The notes beneath the pieces were generated by a model that worked only from the letters and a program-made list of their open reading frames with translations, made no database searches and had not been told where the DNA came from. From Patescibacteria group bacterium (GTDB taxonomy: Bacteria > Patescibacteriota > UBA1384 > 2-12-FULL-50-11), in NCBI GenBank assembly GCA_022843855.1, contig JALHMV010000001.1, forward strand, positions 2,780 to 66,779: a stretch of DNA of 64,000 bases. Reading direction: 5' to 3'. The position numbers and the translations under genes are program-made. This document shows, one piece after another, positions 20,074 to 29,522 of the stretch; within the stretch, counting starts at the first letter, position 1; each line of letters begins with the position of its first letter.

Positions 20074-21150
20074 ATGAGAATCGCTCTTGTCGCGCCACCA
20101 TTTTTGTCGATCCCACCTAAGAAACAGGGTGGGACCGAGGCTGTCTTAACAGTCAAAATCAACGAACTTGTCCGGCTCGGCCACGACGTCACGCTCTTCT
20201 GTGCAGGCGATGCAGCCTTTGAAGGGATCAAGACCATAAGCATCTACCCGACTCCGATCAACGATCTTCCGGCCGATCTCCAAAGCCAGGAGTCGTCACG
20301 AAAACTACGCCTAGAGATGACGTACTTTGCAGCCGTCGCGACCGAGCTTATAAAGAGCGATGGCGATTTCGACATAATCTTTAATCACACTCGGGGTGAA
20401 GTTTCGTTTGCACCCCTAACCAACTTCCTAAGAACACCCGTTATTTCGATCTTTCATCTGCCGCTCCTAGAAGAAAACGTCGCCGTTCTCGAACAAAACC
20501 CGAAAGCATTTGCTATCTCAATCAGCGACAACCAACGCGGTCGGTTTGCTTCACTGAAGAACTTTGTCGCCACCGTTTATAACGGCGTCGATCTGGAAGT
20601 CTACAAGCCAGCCGAATCACCGAAACGGGATTTTGTTTTTTGGATCGGCACCGTTGGCGAGCACAAAAACACGTTGGACGCGATATCTGCCGCCAAACTG
20701 GCTGGTCAGAAGATCGTGTTGGCTGGCAAAATTCGTGACCAGCAATATCATCACGAGAAAATTGAACCACTTATCGACAATTCATCGGTTCGCTATCTTG
20801 GCGAGATCGACTTAGGGGAGAAGATTCCGCTCCTGCAAAACGCCAAAGCGGTACTCTTCCCAACGAAATGGGCTGAACCATTTGGTTTGGTGATGATCGA
20901 GGCGCTCGCCTGCGGTACGCCGGTCATTGCCTACCCCAACGGTGCCGTACCGGAAGTAATTACCGACAAAATTGGGGCAATCGTGACAAGCGTCGACGAA
21001 ATGGCAAAGGCAATCAGGGTGATTGATCAGATTGACCCAGCCCAGTGTCGAGCGCGGGTAGAAGAAAAATTTAGCGCCAGCGTCATGACACAGAATTACG
21101 TCCAGGCGGCAGAACGGGTTTTTCATGGCGACATTCCTTCGAATAACTGA
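20074..21150 (+). CDS. Glycosyltransferase family 4
   Basis: PPKKQGGTE, EPFGLVMIEALACGTPV. Confidence 0.92.
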   Translation: MRIALVAPPFLSIPPKKQGGTEAVLTVKINELVRLGHDVTLFCAGDAAFEGIKTISIYPTPINDLPADLQSQESSRKLRLEMTYFAAVATELIKSDGDFDIIFNHTRGEVSFAPLTNFLRTPVISIFHLPLLEENVAVLEQNPKAFAISISDNQRGRFASLKNFVATVYNGVDLEVYKPAESPKRDFVFWIGTVGEHKNTLDAISAAKLAGQKIVLAGKIRDQQYHHEKIEPLIDNSSVRYLGEIDLGEKIPLLQNAKAVLFPTKWAEPFGLVMIEALACGTPVIAYPNGAVPEVITDKIGAIVTSVDEMAKAIRVIDQIDPAQCRARVEEKFSASVMTQNYVQAAERVFHGDIPSNN

Positions 21151-21187
21151 TACAATTCGTACGGCAAAAACGAACGGATAGCCCACT

Positions 21188-22468
21188 ATGAAAATACTTC
21201 AACTTCTAGTGTTTCCGCTCTGGGGAAGCGGCAGCGGTACGTACGCTCGCAAGCTTTCTGAGAGCCTCGTCAAACTCGGCCATGACGTCGCGATGATTGC
21301 TCCCGAACACCGGGAGCTGGAGGGCGTCAAAATTTACCCGATCGAGCTACCGGTTAAGGCCGCCTTCACGATGCACCCGGAGTGGCCTAACTCAAAGCGT
21401 TTCTCGGATCTGACCGATCATCAGATCTCTGAGTACTATATGGTTTGGCTCAAGAAGATCGTTCAGGTCGTCGAGGAGTACAAGCCTGACGTCATCCACG
21501 TGCATCACGCCTCGATGCTCTCGTGGATCGCTTCGTATATAAAAAGTATCTACGGGATTAACTACGTCGTCTCGGTCCACGGCACATGCATTATGAACGC
21601 GAGTATCGACCTGCGCTACGTATCACAGACAAAGCTGGCGCTTGACCGAGCAGAGTTTATCGTGCCAGTGTCTGGCGACACTCGCAGCTGGATGCTAAAA
21701 GTCCTCGGCCGAACACTCAATCGGAGAAGTCGAGTTATTACCGGTGGCATCGACTTAAAGGTCTTCCCCAAGAAACTTGATATCAGAACTATCGATGACA
21801 AATTCAACATGAAGGGTAAGCGCGTCGTGCTATTCAGCGGGAAGCTAACCAAAATCAAAGGCGTTGACTACCTCATTAAGGCAGCGTCAAAGATCAGCGC
21901 CGAGATCTACATTGCTGGTGACGGTGAAGAGCGGAAGAACCTTGAGAAGCTTGCCGATAAGCTTGATGCCAAAAATGTCACTTTCCTCGGCTATTTTGAT
22001 AAATCAGACGCCGAAACACTTCGTCAGCTCTACGCACGAGCCGACGTGGCAGTCTTCCCGTCTGTTTGGGACGAACCGTTGGGCCTAGTGATTCTCGAAT
22101 CGATGGCTGCTTCAACACCCGTCGTCGCCAGTCGCAAAGGCGGTATCCCGCTCGCGGTTAAGCACGGTGTTAACGGGTACTTGGTCCGCGCTCGTTCGTC
22201 GAAAGAGATTGCTGACGCAGTTAACAAGATTCTCAATAACCCGTCTCTGCAAAAAACAATGGGTGAAAACGCCCGGCGGATCGCCGAGGAAAAGTTCTCC
22301 TGGACACTCATTGCCAAGAACTTCGTCAAGCTGTACGACGTCGCCGTTGATCGAGCCGAGTCGTCTCGAACGACCCGCCGACTCCGCAGGCAGCAGCAAA
22401 AGCGTGAACTCAACCGCATCGAGCAAGAAAAGAGTCACCTACACACCCACAACGTCGAGCTCAGCTAG
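21188..22468 (+). CDS. Glycosyltransferase family 4
   Basis: GSGSG, KGVDYL, EPLGLVILESMAASTPVV. Confidence 0.92.
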   Translation: MKILQLLVFPLWGSGSGTYARKLSESLVKLGHDVAMIAPEHRELEGVKIYPIELPVKAAFTMHPEWPNSKRFSDLTDHQISEYYMVWLKKIVQVVEEYKPDVIHVHHASMLSWIASYIKSIYGINYVVSVHGTCIMNASIDLRYVSQTKLALDRAEFIVPVSGDTRSWMLKVLGRTLNRRSRVITGGIDLKVFPKKLDIRTIDDKFNMKGKRVVLFSGKLTKIKGVDYLIKAASKISAEIYIAGDGEERKNLEKLADKLDAKNVTFLGYFDKSDAETLRQLYARADVAVFPSVWDEPLGLVILESMAASTPVVASRKGGIPLAVKHGVNGYLVRARSSKEIADAVNKILNNPSLQKTMGENARRIAEEKFSWTLIAKNFVKLYDVAVDRAESSRTTRRLRRQQQKRELNRIEQEKSHLHTHNVELS

Positions 22469-23465
22469 TTTTACGTGTTATCTGACTCTGCCGCAGATAC
22501 TTGGCTGCTTCTTCGGGACTCATTACATCAACAACAACTCCAGAGCCAAGCTCATAGCCGCCGTAGGTACCCAAGCGCGGAGCTATCTCGATATGCCAGC
22601 GGAAGAACTCACTATTCTTGACTGAATCTGGTAAGTCGTGAAGGAAAAAATTTAGCGCTGGCTGTTTTAGTACACGCGCGTAGCGACTCATAACGTCTTT
22701 CATTATTTGCCCTAGAGAGTGGATAAACGTTTCCGAAGTATCTTCAAAATGGGCTGACGGCTCTTTCGGCAACACCCAAACCTCAAAGGGAAATCGAGCG
22801 GCGTAAAAGGTAAAGGCAATAAACTCGTCGTTTTCGGCGATAATTCGATCCTTCTCTTTCTTCTCGTGAAAAATCAAATCTTCAAATACATTCTTGCCGT
22901 TATTAATAAAGTACTGCTCAGCGCCGTTCATCTCCCGAACTATTTGATTCGGGATAATATTAGCTGCAAAAATTTGAGCGTGCGGATGGGCGATCGAGGC
23001 TCCTGCTTTCGGACCGTGATTATAAATGAGCATTGTGTGCTCGGCGTTACAATCTTTACGCCAGTATTTGAAACGACGTTTTGAAACCGAGAAAAGCTCG
23101 TACCATTGTTGGGTCGAGAAAGAATAAATTGTATCTTCAGCCTGTTTAACGATCAGAACATCGTGACCGCCAGTCGATGGTCGGGCAGCGTAGAAGTTGC
23201 TCTCCAGTCGATAAGTTCTCGGAGAACACGAGGCAGGATCCTCAAGAAACACCGGATACTTATTTGGAATAACGTAGATATGCTTCGTCTCGTAATCTTT
23301 GAGACGCTGTCTTTGATACTGGTCACCATCCAGCGAGAACGGATCGTTTTCCCCGGATTCTGGTTTGATTGTTTCAGCGCTCACAAAATCCGAAGGGCGT
23401 TTCGAGCGTTCCGGCGCGATCACTACCCACTCGCCGGTAATAATATTCTGCCGCAACTGAGGCAT
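22461..23465 (-). CDS. galT: Galactose-1-phosphate uridylyltransferase family (HIT-like)
   Basis: WVVIAPERSKRP, PNKYP, GASIAHPHAQ, WHIEIAPR, GYELGSG. Confidence 0.88.
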   Translation of the reverse strand: MPQLRQNIITGEWVVIAPERSKRPSDFVSAETIKPESGENDPFSLDGDQYQRQRLKDYETKHIYVIPNKYPVFLEDPASCSPRTYRLESNFYAARPSTGGHDVLIVKQAEDTIYSFSTQQWYELFSVSKRRFKYWRKDCNAEHTMLIYNHGPKAGASIAHPHAQIFAANIIPNQIVREMNGAEQYFINNGKNVFEDLIFHEKKEKDRIIAENDEFIAFTFYAARFPFEVWVLPKEPSAHFEDTSETFIHSLGQIMKDVMSRYARVLKQPALNFFLHDLPDSVKNSEFFRWHIEIAPRLGTYGGYELGSGVVVDVMSPEEAAKYLRQSQITRKTS

Positions 23466-23534
23466 GGGCTTATTGTGCCATAGAGTCAAAATTGTGACGA
23501 GTTAACGGATTTCGACTACGATACAGAAGAGGGG

Positions 23535-25742
23535 ATGAAATATCAGTACGGCGAGTTTTCAGCTCAGGGCGATCAGTTTTTTGTTCAGCGCGTTGACACG
23601 CCGCAGCCTTGGCACAATCAGCTCAGCAGCAACGATGTCTATAGTCGCATTTCTCAGGTAGGCCAAGGCGAGTTACGTTTTCTCAACCAGCACGCAACCC
23701 CCATTACAAGACGACTCATCTTTGTTCGCGATAACGATAGCAGCGAGTCCTGGAACGCTACCGGCAACGACCAGACTGCGTTCGATCACTTTCAAGCCGT
23801 TCACGCACAATGGCACACCAGAATCGAGACGGTCCATCAGGCTATCAGCTCTTCAACGACGTTCTTTTTACCCGAGGACGAACCGCTCGAAGTCTGGCGG
23901 GTGAAGGTCAGTAATCAATCAAGGACGAAAAGACGACTAACGCTTTTTGCGGGAGTGTTGTGGGGGAACAAAGCAAGTGAGACGTTTGAAACACGGCACA
24001 GCCACGGCATTCTTTTTGGCGACGATCGTTCGATTGAAGATGGGGCGACGCTCTTCGTAACCGCTACACGAACAATTGACAGCTTCGAAACACAGGCATC
24101 CGCGTTCATCGGACGACGCGGCACGCTCGAAGCACCCGAAGCCGTCGCCGAAGGCAAGCTCTCGCGAAGCGCCGGCGCCGGCGACCAGGCGTTAGGCGTC
24201 ACACAAATAAATCTCACCCTCGGCGCCGGTGACGAGACTGAGATTATCCTGCTTGTCGGCGCAGTAACCGGAAAAGGCTCAACCGCTGCAAAGCGGCGAG
24301 CCGACGCTGACCGACGAATAAAAGCGATTCGACAACGTTATCAAGAAGCAGGCAGAGTTGGTGAAGCGATGATTCGTTGCGAACAGTCCTACTCAACGTT
24401 AACCCAACGCATCTTAGTAAAAAGTAGCGACTCAGTTTTTGACGCATTCTTCAACTATTGGAAGAAGCATCAAGCGATTGCGGCGCTACGAGCTAGCCAA
24501 TCAGAACTTGAGAAGCTTACGATAGCTGCCAGCCTGACCGCTCTCGACCCGGAACAAACCCGACGCACCTTAGTTGATGCCCTCCAAAGACAACATCGAG
24601 ACGGATCGGTCGTTTTTGATGATAATCCCGATGGTCACTTATCGTTATTAACGACTGCGGTAGCGTATTTAACCGAAACCGCTAACCTAGCATTTCTTGG
24701 CGAGAAACGCGGATACGCCGATGCGAGCGAAGCCTCCGTTCTCCACCACCTTACTCGAGCCGTCGATCGATCGCTTAAAAGCCTGTCGTCACGCGGCCTT
24801 CCCGCTCAACAGACTATTGCCGTGATAAGCAACCCCGTAGTTCGTGAGCGATTCGAGACGGCCTGCCTTCTTTACTCGGCATTGCGCGGGCTACTACCGA
24901 TTCTCGACGCTGTCGGCGAGCACGAGCTCGTTCACCGCTACGACCGGGCAGCCGAGAAACTTCGTACTTCAATCAACGCCCACTTCTGGCAAAACTCGTG
25001 GTATGCGTCCGAGCTAGAGAACGGTCGGGCAACCCTCGGTCGCAGAGGCGCCGAGGCGTATCGGATCGGCCTCCGGGAACAGGCAATCGCCGTATTGAGC
25101 GGGGTTAGCACTCGTGATCACGGCCACAAAGCGCTTAGCGAAGCGGAGCGGTCGCTAGCAACTAAGGTTGGAGCGCTCAACTTCGCCCCTGCATTCGCGA
25201 CACCAACAAGTACGCCGGCGTCGATGGCAGCCCCTGGCTGCGGAACTAACAGCACAGTCGTCAATCGTGACGTCGCGCTCGCCGTGGCAGCATTGGCAAA
25301 GCTTGGGGAGGGGGACGAGGCCTTTCGCGTCTGGCAACGCAGCTGCCCGGCATCTCTCGGTGCGCACCCCGACCAATACCGAGCAGAGCCGTTCGCCTTT
25401 TCAGCTGGATTGGCCGGTCCAAGTCAGTCTGCTTTTGGCTGGGGGAGCGGTGCTTCGACCGACCCCGCACCGGCGCTCTTTTGGCAAGCCATGCTTGAAA
25501 ATGTCATCGGCTTACAGCCGACGCTTGGCGGCCTCAAAATTGATCCCTGCCTCCCACGTGATTGGCGAAAAGTCGAAGTAACACGCACGTTTCGCGGTGC
25601 CGAATATCACATTAGAATCGTTAACTCACTGCGATCCAACCGAGGCGTTGACCGAATACTTGTTGACGGAGTACGTATCACTGGCAGCGTTGTCCCACCG
25701 CAAGGAACCGGCGTTCACTTCGTAGAAGCTGTACTCGGCTAA
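23535..25742 (+). CDS. GH94 glycoside phosphorylase-like protein (catalytic motifs degenerate)
   Basis: PQPWHN, FIGRRGTLEAPEAV, YRAEPF, GLKIDPCLPRDW, FRGAEY; no GFRD or WND motif visible. Confidence 0.78.
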   Translation: MKYQYGEFSAQGDQFFVQRVDTPQPWHNQLSSNDVYSRISQVGQGELRFLNQHATPITRRLIFVRDNDSSESWNATGNDQTAFDHFQAVHAQWHTRIETVHQAISSSTTFFLPEDEPLEVWRVKVSNQSRTKRRLTLFAGVLWGNKASETFETRHSHGILFGDDRSIEDGATLFVTATRTIDSFETQASAFIGRRGTLEAPEAVAEGKLSRSAGAGDQALGVTQINLTLGAGDETEIILLVGAVTGKGSTAAKRRADADRRIKAIRQRYQEAGRVGEAMIRCEQSYSTLTQRILVKSSDSVFDAFFNYWKKHQAIAALRASQSELEKLTIAASLTALDPEQTRRTLVDALQRQHRDGSVVFDDNPDGHLSLLTTAVAYLTETANLAFLGEKRGYADASEASVLHHLTRAVDRSLKSLSSRGLPAQQTIAVISNPVVRERFETACLLYSALRGLLPILDAVGEHELVHRYDRAAEKLRTSINAHFWQNSWYASELENGRATLGRRGAEAYRIGLREQAIAVLSGVSTRDHGHKALSEAERSLATKVGALNFAPAFATPTSTPASMAAPGCGTNSTVVNRDVALAVAALAKLGEGDEAFRVWQRSCPASLGAHPDQYRAEPFAFSAGLAGPSQSAFGWGSGASTDPAPALFWQAMLENVIGLQPTLGGLKIDPCLPRDWRKVEVTRTFRGAEYHIRIVNSLRSNRGVDRILVDGVRITGSVVPPQGTGVHFVEAVLG

Positions 25743-25909
25743 AATAATCCCTGCTCGACGGGTAGGCGAATCGGTTGGAGAAACTCTTCCGCTGACTGTC
25801 GGCTACTCTGGTATTGGACCAGAAGAGAAAACGCGCTAACCGCAAGAACGCAGAAAAAAATTAGCATATACCAAATGAGTGGGGGACTTTCCTTGTGGTG
25901 ATGCTTCAT
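25739..25909 (-). CDS. Small single-TM protein (56 aa)
   Basis: MKHHHKESPPLIWYMLIFFCVLAVSAFSLLVQYQSSRQSAEEFLQPIRLPVEQGLF; fills the intergenic gap; not in the ORF track. Confidence 0.55.
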   Translation of the reverse strand: MKHHHKESPPLIWYMLIFFCVLAVSAFSLLVQYQSSRQSAEEFLQPIRLPVEQGLF

Positions 25910-25929
25910 TAAAACTAGACTACACCAAA

Positions 25930-27939
25930 ATGGCCGAGCAGATTACTCTCTCTACCCCGCTGGACCAGCTGGCCGGCGTTGGTCCCGAAACAGCTAAACG
26001 GCTTTACCGACTCGGACTAATAACAGTTAAAAATTTGATTGAATTTCTGCCCCGGCGGATTGAAGATCGTAGCCGTCTCTGCCACATTCAGAAGCTTGTC
26101 GTTGGCGAGGCCATGGTGATTAGGGGGCAGATCGAGCGGGTTTCAGGGCGATACAGTCAGCGCGGTGTTTTTATTGTTACGGCTAGAATGTGCGATTCAA
26201 GCGGTGCAATCAACGCCGTTTGGTTCAACCAACGGTACCTCCTTCGCTCGTTGAAGGCAGGTCAGCACATCACCCTGTTCGGCGAGAAGCGTCTGGTCAA
26301 AACGATGGGTAATCCTTTTTTTGTCAAAAAAATTATCGAACAACCGGAGATCGTTCCGATCTATCCATTGACCGGCGGACTAACTCAAAATACCCTCGCC
26401 CATCTTCTAGGCAAGGTAGAGCCACTTGTAGCACGCATACCCAACGTCATCCCGCCCTCAATTCAAGCCGAGCGACAGCTGAGCAACCGCGCCGAGTGCT
26501 TGATGCGCGTCCACTACAACCCGAGCGCTGAGGCGCTGGAGGAAGCTATCGCGCTACTCGGTTTTGAGGAGCTACTGATCACGTGTCTGCTGGCGCTGGA
26601 AGCAAAGGAAGAACGTCGACGACAAATCGGCGCCACCCGGCCGATTAGCCGTGACCAGCTCGACGCTGCTTTGCTGAGATTTGATTTTCAGCCGACCGCC
26701 GGTCAGCGTCTAGCCTGTCGTGAAATTGCTGACGATCTTAGTCGATCGTATCCGATGAATCGCTTGCTCTACGGCGAGGTGGGCAGCGGCAAAACAGCCG
26801 TTGGGCTCGCAGCAGCGCTCAGCGTCGCGTCGACTGGTCAGCGCGTCCTGTGGCTCTCTCCAACCGTAACACTCGCTGAGCAACAGGCCCGTATCACCAG
26901 CGAATACGCTCGACAATTTGACCAACAAACAACGCTCATCACCAGACACACCTCAAAGGATATCGGTACCGCTCGACTTGTTATCGGCACCCATGCGGTT
27001 CTACGCGATACATACGACTTCGGTGACGTGGGCCTCATAGTTATCGACGAACAGCAACGCTTTGGCGTCGAACAACGCAACACACTCTTAAAAAGATACC
27101 CGAGCGCCCACCTTCTCATGATGAGCGCCACACCGATCCCTCGCACTCTCGCTCACACACTTTTTGGCCATCTCGACATTACCTATCTTCGCGACAAGCC
27201 TCGGCATCAGGTAGAGATAGCAACCAGGGTCTTTCGCGATGCCAGTCGCGAAAAAGTTGAACAACACCTCGCCGAGCGGCTCTCGGCCGGGCAACCCGGG
27301 TACGTCATTTGCCCGCTTATCACCGACCCCGAAAACGACGCCACCTTGTTTGCCGACGAACGAAAAGCGGTTCAGTCAGAGTTTCGCCGTCTCCACACGA
27401 TCTTCCCACAAGCTCGAATCGGCTTCATCCACGGCCAGCTTAAGAATGACCAGAAGGAAAAAGTAATGGAGGAGTTTCGACTCGGCCGATTAGATATCTT
27501 AGTTGCTACAAGCATTATCGAGGTCGGCATCGATAATCAAGCCGCCACGTGGATCGTCATCGAAGAGGCCGACCGCTTTGGCCTCTCGCAGCTTCACCAG
27601 TTGCGCGGTCGGGTCGGTCGCGGTTCCCAGCTCTCTGTCTGCTTCCTTCACAATTCGCTCTCCACTGACAACGCCACTGAACGTCTAAGTGCTCTGGCGA
27701 AAGCGCGTGATGGCCTGGAGATTGCCGAGCTTGACCTCAAGCTGCGCGGTCCCGGCAATATCGCGGGCAACGAACAAAGTGGCTTGCCCAACGTTCGCTA
27801 CGCCGACTTGAGCAACCTTGAGACGATTAAGGCTGCCTACGCGGCCGCTGAAAAAATTGGCATCAGCAACCTCGCGCAGTATCCTGATTTAGAACGAGAA
27901 CTAAAAAGCTGGCAAAACAATGAACGTGCCTCAACTTGA
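25930..27939 (+). CDS. recG: ATP-dependent DNA helicase RecG
   Basis: MNRLLYGEVGSGKT, DEQQRFGV, MSATPIPRTL, GLSQLHQLRGRVGRG, DLKLRGPG. Confidence 0.96.
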   Translation: MAEQITLSTPLDQLAGVGPETAKRLYRLGLITVKNLIEFLPRRIEDRSRLCHIQKLVVGEAMVIRGQIERVSGRYSQRGVFIVTARMCDSSGAINAVWFNQRYLLRSLKAGQHITLFGEKRLVKTMGNPFFVKKIIEQPEIVPIYPLTGGLTQNTLAHLLGKVEPLVARIPNVIPPSIQAERQLSNRAECLMRVHYNPSAEALEEAIALLGFEELLITCLLALEAKEERRRQIGATRPISRDQLDAALLRFDFQPTAGQRLACREIADDLSRSYPMNRLLYGEVGSGKTAVGLAAALSVASTGQRVLWLSPTVTLAEQQARITSEYARQFDQQTTLITRHTSKDIGTARLVIGTHAVLRDTYDFGDVGLIVIDEQQRFGVEQRNTLLKRYPSAHLLMMSATPIPRTLAHTLFGHLDITYLRDKPRHQVEIATRVFRDASREKVEQHLAERLSAGQPGYVICPLITDPENDATLFADERKAVQSEFRRLHTIFPQARIGFIHGQLKNDQKEKVMEEFRLGRLDILVATSIIEVGIDNQAATWIVIEEADRFGLSQLHQLRGRVGRGSQLSVCFLHNSLSTDNATERLSALAKARDGLEIAELDLKLRGPGNIAGNEQSGLPNVRYADLSNLETIKAAYAAAEKIGISNLAQYPDLERELKSWQNNERAST

Positions 27940-28348
27940 ACAAGAGCTAACGAGCCGTTTTGGCTGGGTAGCAACAATTCTCTTGGTCGCTGGTTCGGCG
28001 TTTCTAATCGGCAACACGTACCAGCCGCGGGATACCGTCACCGAGGAAGACGGCGTTACACCGAGCAATACGACGATTTCACCGGTGATCGAACAAATCC
28101 AACAGACGCTCGCTAACGATCAAGCGGAGGTTGGGGAGTTACCTGAGAACGTAACCGGAGTGGTGAGCATCAACTCAGGCACGCTCGCCGAACTCGACAC
28201 CTTGCCGGGTATCGGGCCGGCCAAAGCGCAAGCGATCATCGACTACCGAACGCAGAACGGCCCGTTTGTCCGGATTGATGATCTTCTCAACGTCAGCGGC
28301 ATCGGCCCAAAGACTTTAGAGCAACTGCGTAGTCAAATCTCACTCTGA
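27920..28348 (+). CDS. comEA: ComEA-like helix-hairpin-helix DNA receptor
   Basis: N-terminal TM; LDTLPGIGPAKAQAII, VSGIGPKT. Confidence 0.88.
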   Translation: MNVPQLEQELTSRFGWVATILLVAGSAFLIGNTYQPRDTVTEEDGVTPSNTTISPVIEQIQQTLANDQAEVGELPENVTGVVSINSGTLAELDTLPGIGPAKAQAIIDYRTQNGPFVRIDDLLNVSGIGPKTLEQLRSQISL

Positions 28349-28398
28349 GACCTGTTGCTAGCCAAGAAGTACTGATAAAATTTATGTCAGTCACATCG

Positions 28399-28444
28399 GC
28401 CGGAGTGGCGAAATACTCCTAACGTCATTTCGCCCACGTCCGGA
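28399..28444 (+). repeat. Leader hairpin containing a copy of the tRNA-Leu 5' end and its antisense
   Basis: gccggagtggcgaaat (28399-28414) equals tRNA nt 1-16; atttcgcccacgtccgg is near-complementary to it. Confidence 0.8.
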
Positions 28445-28453
28445 CTCTACATT

Positions 28454-28536
28454 GCCGGAGTGGCGAAATGGCAGACGCACCAGCTTTAGGAGCTGGCGCC
28501 CGCAAGGGTGTGGAGGTTCAAGTCCTCTCTCCGGCA
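28454..28536 (+). tRNA. tRNA-Leu(TAG)
   Basis: GCCGGAGTGGCGAAATGGCAGACGCACCAGCTTTAGGAGCTGGCGCCCGCAAGGGTGTGGAGGTTCAAGTCCTCTCTCCGGCA; long variable arm, anticodon TAG. Confidence 0.95.
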
Positions 28537-28575
28537 CAGACAAAAGCTGTCACGAAAGTGGCAGTTTTTGTCTGT
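28536..28575 (+). terminator. Hairpin 3' of tRNA-Leu
   Basis: acagacaaaagctgtcac-gaaa-gtggcagtttttgtctgt. Confidence 0.75.
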
Positions 28576-28794
28576 AATTAAGTGCGGGCTTCCTCGCGAG
28601 CTGTCAAAAACGGCGAAGATTTCCTCTCTCCGGTACTCGAATCGGATTCATTCCCAGCTGGCTGAAGTCTCACACCCTATCTTGATCTCTGGACCAAAAA
28701 TGTCCATTCACGAACAGGCTCGTTGGCTGTTCGGTTTCGGGAGGTACACAAGAAGTTTGGCGGTCGGCAACCTGTCGGGTACACTAGTCTCAAG

Positions 28795-29514
28795 ATGTCG
28801 CGGTCGATGAAATGGTGGATCTGGTCCTCTGTGCTTATTTTGGGCAGCGGTCTACTTTTTTATATCCTTGGTCCGGTCCTATTTGCGAGCGTTGCCTACC
28901 CGCTCAAGTACGAGGCCTCACTCTGTAAGTGGAGCAAGGAGTACGGCGTCGACGTCCATCTCGAAGCGGCAAAGATTATGGCTGAAAGTACTTGGAATCC
29001 CAACGCTCGTTCGTACGCTGGAGCGGTCGGGTTGACCCAGTTCATGCCAGCGACCGGGAAGCGGGTTTATACGACGCTCTACGGCGCCGAAGCGGGAGCA
29101 AGATTCAACGCCAATCAACTACTCGGCAACCCCGACTTGGCGATTCAAATGGGCACATTCCACCTCAAGGAGCTGAGCGACCGCTACGGCGGTAATCTAA
29201 CCAAAGTGCTAATCGCTTACAACGGTGGCGGCGGTGCGGTCCGTCTTTACGAAGCCGGAACTCCAATTACGAGTACCGTTGGCTATGCCAAGAAGATACT
29301 GGCGATGCGCGACGCTTATATAAAGATCTACGGCGACTTCTGTGCTCGGTTGGCGTCCAGACAGTTCGATGTCGAGCCGAGGCGCGATCTATCGGCAATT
29401 GGCAGCATTCCGCTGACTGAATTTTGGCGCAACTTTCTCTTTGTCCAGCGCGCTGATACGACCGACGAGCCGATCCCTCCGATACAAGATTTGTGGCAGA
29501 ACTTACTCCGTTAG
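28795..29514 (+). CDS. Lytic transglycosylase (SLT domain), membrane-anchored
   Basis: AESTWNP, GAVGLTQFMPAT, AYNGG; N-terminal TM; start uncertain (28723 or 28795). Confidence 0.88.
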   Translation: MSRSMKWWIWSSVLILGSGLLFYILGPVLFASVAYPLKYEASLCKWSKEYGVDVHLEAAKIMAESTWNPNARSYAGAVGLTQFMPATGKRVYTTLYGAEAGARFNANQLLGNPDLAIQMGTFHLKELSDRYGGNLTKVLIAYNGGGGAVRLYEAGTPITSTVGYAKKILAMRDAYIKIYGDFCARLASRQFDVEPRRDLSAIGSIPLTEFWRNFLFVQRADTTDEPIPPIQDLWQNLLR

Positions 29515-29522
29515 GCCGTACA

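Noticed and set aside
28508-28810. 100-aa ORF
   Set aside because: It overlaps tRNA-Leu and its hairpin and has no protein-like features.
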